Shown here: positions 16,587 to 23,381 of the stretch, piece by piece | How positions within the stretch are numbered: the first letter of the stretch is position 1 | Layout: each line of letters starts with the position of its first letter | Assembly: GCA_029762535.1 (NCBI GenBank) | Contig: JARVGK010000026.1 | Location: 19,635 to 43,015 of the forward strand | DNA from: Thermoplasmatota archaeon | Lineage (GTDB): Archaea; Thermoplasmatota; Penumbrarchaeia; Penumbrarchaeales; Penumbrarchaeaceae | Reading direction: 5' to 3' | Length of the DNA stretch: 23,381 nucleotides | The notes under the pieces: model-generated | What the model saw: only the letters and a program-made list of their open reading frames with translations | Told to the model about the DNA's origin: nothing | Databases searched by the model: none | Program-made: the position numbers and the translations under genes

Positions 16587-18107
16587 ATGCCATCATCTCC
16601 CATGGACAACCTCGCATACCTGGGATCGCTAGGGATGTTCAGGATGAGGCCGGGTCTGTCGAGGATCCGAAGGCTGTTAAGGGACCTTGGATCCCCGGAA
16701 TCACACGTGCCCTCTGTATTGGTCGGCGGCACCAACGGGAAGGGTTCCACGTGCAATTTCCTCGGTTCGATATTGAACGCCATGGGCTTCAGCACCTTGG
16801 TTTACACCTCCCCCCACCTCGTCTCACCGACCGAGAGGTTCCTCCTAGACGGGAGGGAGATATCCGAGGATGTCCTTGACGGATACATCGGAAGGGTCCG
16901 CAAGGTCGCCGGGTCCATCACTGATCCCGAGGACATGCCCACCTATTTCGAGGTTCTGACCGCGTCGGCCTTCGAGATGGCTAGGGACCGCTCCGTGGAC
17001 GTCCTGATATCCGAGGTCGGTCTGGGGGGGAAGCTGGACGCCACGAACGTTCTCTCGCCGGCAGCTTGCGCGATCACATCGATCTCCCTGGACCACGTCC
17101 AGGTCCTGGGAGAGGATGTGAGGTCCATATCCCGTGAGAAGGGCGGGATAATCAAACCCTCGACCACTCTGGTCCTCGGCCCACTTTCAGGATCGGGAGA
17201 GGAGGCCATGAAGGTCACCAAGGCCCTTGTGGACATCTGTGCGCAGAACGGGAGCCCGGTCGTCGCCGTATCCGAGGAAGGGAGCCATATAGCAGTGAGG
17301 GAGATACTGGAGGGGTCCCTCCTTCCCGACTGGAGGGTCGCCACGTTCGACGCGAGAACGGGCCTGGATGGAACCGTGGGCGAGCTGAAGGTCATGCGTC
17401 CTGAGGACCCTATAATGGGACTTTCCATAATGAAGCTCGTGGACGAACTGGTGCCCGGGGAATACCATCTGAGGGGCATCGGAAGGTACCAGATGGCCAA
17501 TGCCGCCGCGGCCGCATGCCTGGCATCGATCGTTCTTCCTTTGGCCCTTGGCATGGGATCGCTTTCCGAGGAGGACATGAGCGGCATCTCATCATTAGTG
17601 GATGATGACCCGACCCCTGTCGTTCGGGAGTGGGGCATCGAAAGGGCAAGAGCGAATATGGCCAGAGGGCTGGCCCATGCCAGGATCAGGGGCAGATTCG
17701 AGTTGATGAGGAAGGAGGACCCTGTCATCATCATGGACGTGGGGCATAACGCCGAGGCCGGCTCGTGGACGGCGGAGACCTTCCGGGAGGTTTTTCCCGG
17801 GCGCAAAGCCAACATGCTGCTCTCCATGATGGCGGACAAGGACGCGATCTCCTATATCTCGAACTTCAGAGGCCTCATTGGACCGCTCACCCTCACGGTC
17901 GCCAGCATGGAGAGGGGGATGAAAATGGAGGACCTTCTGGCATCCGCGGCCTCATTGAGAGAGGATTTCCCGATCCATGTGATATCTGATATGGAAAAGG
18001 CGATATTTAACTGGATATCGGGAATAAAGAAGGAAGAGGTGGGGCTGGCCTGCGGCACTTTCCACCTCTACGGGGCCTTGGAGAGGGCATTGAGGGAACT
18101 ACCATGA
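16587..18107 (+). CDS. folC: Folylpolyglutamate synthase/dihydrofolate synthase (Mur-ligase family)
   Basis: GGTNGKGST, YTSPHL..TERF, TYFEVLT, EVGLGGKLDATN, ISLDH..LG, EKGGIIK, GRFE, DVGHN, CGTFHL. Confidence 0.9.
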   Translation: MPSSPMDNLAYLGSLGMFRMRPGLSRIRRLLRDLGSPESHVPSVLVGGTNGKGSTCNFLGSILNAMGFSTLVYTSPHLVSPTERFLLDGREISEDVLDGYIGRVRKVAGSITDPEDMPTYFEVLTASAFEMARDRSVDVLISEVGLGGKLDATNVLSPAACAITSISLDHVQVLGEDVRSISREKGGIIKPSTTLVLGPLSGSGEEAMKVTKALVDICAQNGSPVVAVSEEGSHIAVREILEGSLLPDWRVATFDARTGLDGTVGELKVMRPEDPIMGLSIMKLVDELVPGEYHLRGIGRYQMANAAAAACLASIVLPLALGMGSLSEEDMSGISSLVDDDPTPVVREWGIERARANMARGLAHARIRGRFELMRKEDPVIIMDVGHNAEAGSWTAETFREVFPGRKANMLLSMMADKDAISYISNFRGLIGPLTLTVASMERGMKMEDLLASAASLREDFPIHVISDMEKAIFNWISGIKKEEVGLACGTFHLYGALERALRELP

Positions 18108-19313
18108 GTCCATGGCCCACTGGACCCTTTTCTTCAGAAGCATTCCCGAACGTGATATGATAGGATACAGAACGGGTTTTGACAGGGCCTTTAGAAGGAA
18201 CCTGAACCGGCCCACCTCCCTGACGGGCCTACCTCCGGCGATCCACGTGATCGAATCCAATTGTTCATTGCTCAACGATCCCAGAAGGGCCGCCCTCTTG
18301 AGGTTGGTCTCCTCGAACGCCGGATGCCCTATCATCCTCATGGCGGCCTTCTCCAGCCCCTTCTCGTCATCCGATAGGAGATCTACGATACCTAATGCAC
18401 CCTCCCTGCCTGAGATCATACCCCCGTGTATGCCGCCCTTCGATACCGGGTGGGAGAAGCCTCCCGCATCCCCCACAAGAATCGCTCCGGGGATGTGAAA
18501 GGGCTTGAGCGGCCCCCCAACGGGTATGACCCCGCCCTGATAGGAGGAGATCTCGCTTTCCTTGATCCTATTCCGGGAGAGGGTCCTTTTGAATCCATCC
18601 ATTACGTTAGCACCTCCGCAATAACCCACATTCACCTCCTCTCCGCGGGGGAAATACCATCCATATCCTCCCTTGAACGATCCGTCCACGATGAAGATCA
18701 GCTTATCCGATCGGTCCTTTTTCTTTATCTTTACGTTCAGGCCCCGGAAGAACGTTTCGTTCAATGTCAGCCCTATACGTTCGGGCAGCCTCGATGTCGG
18801 GCCACAGGCCAGGACGATCGTGCGGGAGCGTATCTTCTCCCCGTCCGCGAAGACCGTAAAACCCACGGAGGTCCTGCGGACGTCCGAGACGCGGCATCCT
18901 GTGCGGACCTGGGCTCCCGAGCCTTTGGCCATTTCGACCATCATCTCCTCGAACACGGGTCGGTCAAGGCACCAGCCCCTGGAATTGAACCTGAGCTCGT
19001 CCCCCGAGGGGGACATGATCGAACATTCGTTGATCCGGTTCAGAAGATGGGGGCCCTTACCCGATCCCGAGGCCTCAAGGCATCTGTCCGAGATCGCTTC
19101 CGCGCACTGGACGGGCCTTCCGATCTCTTTTCGGGCTTCGATGACAAGGGTCTTGAAGCCTTTGGATGCGATCACACGCCCCGCCATGGATCCGGACGGC
19201 CCGGCACCTATCACGACGCTGTCGTAATCCTTAGAAGTTAATCGACCCCCTCCGGACGAAGGATCAACGAGAGATGATTCGCGATCAGTCGAAGATGTCC
19301 CTGAGGTATTCAT
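18099..19313 (-). CDS. Geranylgeranyl reductase-family FAD oxidoreductase (DGGGPL reductase-like)
   Basis: VVIGAGPSG, IGRPVQCAEA, LDRPVFE, YGWYFP...NVG, LVGDAGG..HP..KGGI. The exact start is uncertain. Confidence 0.88.
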   Translation of the reverse strand: MNTSGTSSTDRESSLVDPSSGGGRLTSKDYDSVVIGAGPSGSMAGRVIASKGFKTLVIEARKEIGRPVQCAEAISDRCLEASGSGKGPHLLNRINECSIMSPSGDELRFNSRGWCLDRPVFEEMMVEMAKGSGAQVRTGCRVSDVRRTSVGFTVFADGEKIRSRTIVLACGPTSRLPERIGLTLNETFFRGLNVKIKKKDRSDKLIFIVDGSFKGGYGWYFPRGEEVNVGYCGGANVMDGFKRTLSRNRIKESEISSYQGGVIPVGGPLKPFHIPGAILVGDAGGFSHPVSKGGIHGGMISGREGALGIVDLLSDDEKGLEKAAMRMIGHPAFEETNLKRAALLGSLSNEQLDSITWIAGGRPVREVGRFRFLLKALSKPVLYPIISRSGMLLKKRVQWAMDSW

Positions 19314-19404
19314 CCTCGATGAGGCCTTTCGAGTCCCTGTAGTCGGTGCTGACGAGATAGCATGCCCTCTGGAGACAGAAGAGGCTGTTATCGCTGCGTA
19401 TCAT
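19285..19404 (-). CDS. Putative small protein (39 aa; 45 aa from the GTG at 19422), not in ORF track
   Basis: MIRSDNSLFCLQRACYLVSTDYRDSKGLIEDEYLRDIFD. Strong C/G third-position bias; lies just downstream of a BRE-TATA. Confidence 0.45.
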   Translation of the reverse strand: MIRSDNSLFCLQRACYLVSTDYRDSKGLIEDEYLRDIFD

Positions 19405-19446
19405 GGTGGACGTGGTCTTCACCCCTGGAAAACATACGCCTATGAG

Positions 19447-19460
19447 ATTATAAAGTTTTC
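19447..19460 (-). promoter_or_regulatory. BRE-TATA promoter for the small ORF/GGR unit
   Basis: Minus strand GAAAACTTTATAAT. Confidence 0.6.
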
Positions 19461-19599
19461 TGAAATTTGCCCCTTGCAGGTATTTTCCAAAGCGTGCATG
19501 GTCGCGCTCAGGGAAAGAAACGCTTACGGTCGGATGCCAAGGATTTTTATGCCTTATAACGCTTCACCCCCGACCCTATGGGACAAGGAGCGTAAACTG

Positions 19600-20778
19600 A
19601 TGAGACAACCTGTAATAGTATCCGCCGTAAGGACCGCCCAGGGAAAGTTCTCTGGCGCGCTGAGCGAGCTTTCCGCGCCGAAGCTGGGGGGCATAGCGAT
19701 TAAGGCAGCCATGGATAGCATCGGGCTCGATCCGGCAGGCATAGAGGAGGTGATAATGGGCAACGTCGTCTCAGGTGGATTGGGGCAGAACGTGGCCAGG
19801 CAGGCGGCCTATCACGCCGGGATACCCTGGGAGGCGGGCGCTCTGCACGTGGACAAGGTGTGCGGGTCCTCCCTCAAGGCCGTGGTGCTCGCCTCGCAGG
19901 CTATCAAGCTTGGTGACGCCGATATAATTGTCGCCGGCGGCATGGAGAGCATGACCAACTGCCAGTACTACCTCGACAAGGCCCGTTTCGGGTATCGATT
20001 GTTCGACGGGAAGTTGATCGACGGGATGGTCAAGGACGGGCTGTGGGACGTCTACAACGATTTCCACATGGGGATGACCGGCGAGGTGATAGCCGAGAAG
20101 TACTCCCTGACCAGGGAGGAGATCGACGAGTTCGCCCTCGGAAGCCACAGGAAGGCCGCAAGGGCGACGGACGAGGGTCTGTTCAAGGACGAGATAGTCC
20201 CCGTTCATATCCCCCAGAGGAAGGGGGATCCCATCGTCTTCGAGAAGGACGAGGGCATAAGGCGGGATATTTCACCGGAAGGACTGGCGAAGCTCAAGCC
20301 CTTCTTCAAGGAAGGAGGGGTGGTGACCGCCGGGAACGCTTCTCAGATATCCGATGGTTCATCCGCCGTCATCGTGATGAGCGAGGACCGTGCCATGGAG
20401 ATGGGATTGAAGCCGCTCGCAAGGATCGCCGGATACGGGACCGCCGGGGTAAAGCCCGAGCTCGTGATGGAGGCGGTGGTCCCGGGCGTGAAAAAGGTCC
20501 TAGAAAGGATGGAGCTGAAGATAGACGACATCGATCTGTTCGAGCATAACGAGGCGTTCTCCTCGGCATCCGTCGCTTTGATGAAGGCCTATGACATACC
20601 CAAAGAGAGGTTCAACGTCCACGGAGGCGCCGTCGCGCTCGGGCATCCGATCGGATCCAGCGGATCGAGGATCCTCGTATCGCTCCTGCATGAGATGATG
20701 CGATATGGGAAGCATAGGGGCATGGCGACCATATGCCTTGGCGGCGGCAACGCCGTGACGATGGTCCTAGAGAGATAG
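19600..20778 (+). CDS. atoB: Acetyl-CoA C-acetyltransferase (bacterial-type thiolase)
   Basis: Start at MRQPVIVSAVRT (AAGGAG RBS). KVCGSSL, AGGMESM, VTAGNASQISDG, HNEAF, GHPIGSSG, ICLGGG. Confidence 0.95.
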   Translation: MRQPVIVSAVRTAQGKFSGALSELSAPKLGGIAIKAAMDSIGLDPAGIEEVIMGNVVSGGLGQNVARQAAYHAGIPWEAGALHVDKVCGSSLKAVVLASQAIKLGDADIIVAGGMESMTNCQYYLDKARFGYRLFDGKLIDGMVKDGLWDVYNDFHMGMTGEVIAEKYSLTREEIDEFALGSHRKAARATDEGLFKDEIVPVHIPQRKGDPIVFEKDEGIRRDISPEGLAKLKPFFKEGGVVTAGNASQISDGSSAVIVMSEDRAMEMGLKPLARIAGYGTAGVKPELVMEAVVPGVKKVLERMELKIDDIDLFEHNEAFSSASVALMKAYDIPKERFNVHGGAVALGHPIGSSGSRILVSLLHEMMRYGKHRGMATICLGGGNAVTMVLER

Positions 20779-20794
20779 ATAAGGAGATGTTCAA

Positions 20795-21652
20795 ATGGAA
20801 GTTAGGAAGATAGGAGTGATAGGCGCCGGGCAGATGGGGCACGGGATAGCTCTCGTTGCAGCGAAGGCGGGCTTTGACGTGGTGCTCAACGATGTCAAAG
20901 AGGAATACGTCAAGTCCGGGATGGGAAGGATCGTCAAATTCCTCGACAAGAGCGTGGAGAAGGGCAAGATGACCCCCGAGGAGAAGGAGGCGGTCATCTC
21001 TAGGATCGTCGCCTCGGAGGACCTCACCCTGATGGGCGATTGCGACCTGATCGTAGAGGCGATAATCGAGAACGCCGCTGTTAAAAAGGAACTCTTCGGA
21101 AAACTGGATGCGATATGCAAGGCTGAGACCATACTAGCTTCCAATACATCGACGATCCCGATCACGGACCTGGCCTCTTCAACTGCTAGACCTGACAGGT
21201 TCATCGGGATGCACTTCATGAACCCGGTGCCCATGATGAAGCTCGTCGAGGTCATCAGGGGGTTGAGGACATCGGATGCGACGGCGGAGACCATCAAGGC
21301 GATCTCATTGAAGATGGACAAGGTGCCCATAGAGGTCAATGACAGCCCCGGCTTCGTATCGAACAGGGTGTTGTTGCCCATGATCAACGAGGCCGTGTTC
21401 TGCCTCTACGAGGGCGTGGGGACGCCTCAGGCCATTGACGAGGTCATGAAGCTGGGGATGAACCACCCCATGGGACCTCTGGCTCTGGCCGATCTCATCG
21501 GATTGGACGTGTGCCTGAGCATAATGAACGTCCTCTACGATGGATTCAACGACTCCAAGTATCGACCATGTCCTCTCCTGAAGAAGATGGTGCAGGCCGG
21601 TTATCTCGGAAGGAAGTCGGGCAGAGGTTTCTACGATCATTCCCAGGGGTGA
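20795..21652 (+). CDS. hbd: 3-hydroxybutyryl-CoA dehydrogenase
   Basis: [64 protein letters not shown]. Confidence 0.95.
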   Translation: MEVRKIGVIGAGQMGHGIALVAAKAGFDVVLNDVKEEYVKSGMGRIVKFLDKSVEKGKMTPEEKEAVISRIVASEDLTLMGDCDLIVEAIIENAAVKKELFGKLDAICKAETILASNTSTIPITDLASSTARPDRFIGMHFMNPVPMMKLVEVIRGLRTSDATAETIKAISLKMDKVPIEVNDSPGFVSNRVLLPMINEAVFCLYEGVGTPQAIDEVMKLGMNHPMGPLALADLIGLDVCLSIMNVLYDGFNDSKYRPCPLLKKMVQAGYLGRKSGRGFYDHSQG

Positions 21653-21656
21653 GAAG

Positions 21657-22436
21657 ATGACATACGAGAACGTGATACTGGAGAAGAAAGGGCCCATCGC
21701 GATCATCAAGATGAACAGGCCTGAGGCCCTAAACGCCCTGAACGAGCAGACGCTGAGGGACCTGATGCATGCGATCACCGATATCGAGACCGACCATACG
21801 ATAAAGGTCGCGATAATAACCGGCGAGGGGAAGGCGTTCATCGCCGGTGCGGACATCAAGCACATGTCCGAGCTGACGCCTTTGGAGGCGAAGGTGTTCG
21901 CGGAGTACGGTCATAACGTTCTGAACAAGATAGAGGCCTCCAGAGTGCCCTTCATAGCGGCGGTGAATGGTTTCGCTCTGGGCGGCGGATGCGAGATGAT
22001 GATGGCCTGTGACATCGCCATTGCATCCACGAAGGCCAAGCTTGGGCAGCCGGAGATCAACCTGGGGATCAGCCCGGGTTTTGGGGGTACCCAGAGATTG
22101 ACCAGGCACATAGGCAGGATGCGGGCGAAGGAGCTGATGCTCACGGGGGACAACATAACCGCCGAGGAGGCCTACAAGCTGGGCCTCGTAAACAAGGTGG
22201 TGGAACCCGAGCATCTCATGGACGAGGCCTTCGCCCTTGCGGAGAAGATCGCATCGAAGTCCGGGATCCAGGTCTCGTTTATAAAGGCGCTCGTTAACAA
22301 GGGCGCGGACATAGATCTCGCAACAGCGAACTACCTGGAGATCTCGTACTTCTCCTCGTCGTTCTCGACATACGATCAGAAGGAGGGCATGAAGGCCTTC
22401 ATAGAGAAGAGGAAACCCGAGTTCAAGGACAGATAG
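21657..22436 (+). CDS. crt: Enoyl-CoA hydratase/crotonase
   Basis: NRPEALNALN, FIAGADI, AAVNGFALGGGCE, GQPEINLG..PGFGGTQRL, EGMKAFIEKRKP. Confidence 0.95.
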   Translation: MTYENVILEKKGPIAIIKMNRPEALNALNEQTLRDLMHAITDIETDHTIKVAIITGEGKAFIAGADIKHMSELTPLEAKVFAEYGHNVLNKIEASRVPFIAAVNGFALGGGCEMMMACDIAIASTKAKLGQPEINLGISPGFGGTQRLTRHIGRMRAKELMLTGDNITAEEAYKLGLVNKVVEPEHLMDEAFALAEKIASKSGIQVSFIKALVNKGADIDLATANYLEISYFSSSFSTYDQKEGMKAFIEKRKPEFKDR

Positions 22437-22439
22437 GAT

Positions 22440-22631
22440 CTATATCTTCATCTCGTTCGGATGCAATCCGAACTTATGATAACCAAGGACCCTTTCCAGT
22501 TCTTGCACCATGGGAAGGGAACAGAAGTTCCTGACATCTTCCGAGATACAGGCAAGGATGATATCCGATTCTTTGCCGCTCCAGAGAAAACCGGAAACGG
22601 TCACGTTCGTATCGATGACTACCCTGATCAT
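22440..22631 (-). pseudogene. Truncated PIN-domain (VapC-like, TIGR00305-type) toxin
   Basis: MIRVVIDTNV.VS...G and ELERVL..KF are present, but the ORF stops at 63 aa, 3 nt from the convergent crt stop. The C-terminal acidic PIN motifs are absent. ATGA-coupled to the antitoxin. Confidence 0.8.
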
Positions 22632-22888
22632 TGCTTCCGCGCCTTCCTGATGGCTTCCTGAACATCCTTTCTCTTGACCTTGCTGTTCTTTATCCTCTTC
22701 CTTATCGGACCGACAGTCCTGAGGAACTCCTCTTTCAGGGAGGACTTCTCTATCAACTTCAACATTAGCGTGTCCCCCTCACCTATGGCGAGAAGCTCGG
22801 ACCCTTCATCTATCCCGAGCCGGTTCCTCCAGCTTGATGGGATCACTATCTGGCCTTTGGATGAGACCCTTATTATTGCGGCTTCCAT
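22628..22888 (-). CDS. AbrB/MazE/SpoVT-family antitoxin
   Basis: RVSSKGQIVIP..WRNRLGIDEGSEL swapped-hairpin motif; GGTGA RBS. Confidence 0.92.
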   Translation of the reverse strand: MEAAIIRVSSKGQIVIPSSWRNRLGIDEGSELLAIGEGDTLMLKLIEKSSLKEEFLRTVGPIRKRIKNSKVKRKDVQEAIRKARKQ

Positions 22889-22904
22889 ATTATCACCTTG
22901 TTAT

Positions 22905-22922
22905 AGTAAGATTGATCTTACT
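22905..22922. promoter_or_regulatory. Palindromic operator of the TA operon
   Basis: AGTAAGAT-TG-ATCTTACT, a perfect 8-bp inverted repeat between a TATA-like ATATAATA (minus strand, about 22924-22931) and the antitoxin RBS. Confidence 0.75.
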
Positions 22923-23222
22923 TATTATATGTTTCCGTGAACCAATTCCTTTCTCATATCCATCCGGTATTCTGATAATAGAAGGTTGACCATCTATCGA
23001 GTGATACCTATTCCTATGCCACACCGTGATGAATTATTATTCCGATCATGATCCCCCTCATATTGTTCGGATCGAGATCCGAGGCTCGTGGGGATCCCCT
23101 CTCTGAGGGATCTATCCCAAGATGGGAAATATCTAAATACTTTTAAGAAGCATCACGTTTCAGTCCAAGAGGCAGGCGGGTGGCGGAAGAGGCGGTGCTT
23201 CCCGGTTGATGGAGGTGTGAGA

Positions 23223-23381
23223 ATGCAAAAGGATAGCATTGCACGAAAGAATATTGTTATTATTCTCGAGCTGCTGCTGATATCGGTGACGGTCACGGGT
23301 TTGATATCTTTATCCGACGGCACCTCGGATCTCACACACACAAGATCGTACACTGGCCTGCACATAGACCTCAACATATAC
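23223..23381 (+). CDS. 5' part of a secreted or membrane-anchored protein, truncated by the window end (not in ORF track)
   Basis: GGAGGTG RBS at 23211-23217. Translation MQKDSIARKNIVIILELLLISVTVTGLISLSDG... has a basic n-region and hydrophobic h-region, and the frame is open to the end of the window. Confidence 0.75.
   Translation, partial: MQKDSIARKNIVIILELLLISVTVTGLISLSDGTSDLTHTRSYTGLHIDLNIY

Noticed and set aside
16943-19241. Long antisense ORFs (16943-17839, 18426-19241) and similar ones such as 8155-8847 and 20791-21387
   Set aside because: These are shadow ORFs caused by codon bias on the coding strand and have no motifs.
19474-19599. 42-aa N-terminal extension of the thiolase
   Set aside because: The conserved thiolase start and the AAGGAG RBS point to the ATG at 19600.
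22200-22442. Amber (pyrrolysine) readthrough completing the PIN toxin
   Set aside because: The downstream frame is open but is the antisense of crt and lacks PIN C-terminal acidic motifs. No pyl genes are in view.
23153-23377. 74-aa minus-strand ORF
   Set aside because: The plus-strand partial ORF at 23223 has a strong RBS and a signal peptide and explains the region better.

Overview
A densely coding, GC-rich archaeal chromosomal segment, most likely Thermoplasmatota. This is inferred from archaeal marker genes (aIF5A, Hjc, ArcS, NOG1 GTPase, PUA protein, geranylgeranyl reductase), BRE/TATA promoters and bacterial-type folC and thiolase-hbd-crt genes. Most of the window is housekeeping: a KaiC/RAD55 ATPase with a tandem Lrp-like regulator, a Toprim protein, arcS, a membrane-anchored double winged-HTH regulator, NOG1, a 1340-aa TIGR03790-type surface protein, hjc, speB, aIF5A, three small membrane proteins, a PLP aminotransferase, a PUA protein, folC, GGR, thiolase/hbd/crt, an AbrB antitoxin with a truncated PIN toxin, and the start of a secreted protein. 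The main signals not covered by the ORF track are: (1) a 56-aa basic ORF at 5814-5984 (-) with its own RBS, promoter and strong terminator, closely resembling the crenarchaeal chromatin protein CC1; (2) an exact 78-bp tandem duplication (80-bp period) of a nested hairpin at the window start; (3) a probable 39-45-aa ORF ahead of the GGR gene; (4) a TA operator palindrome with a half-deleted toxin. All family calls come from motif recognition by eye. No database searches were run.
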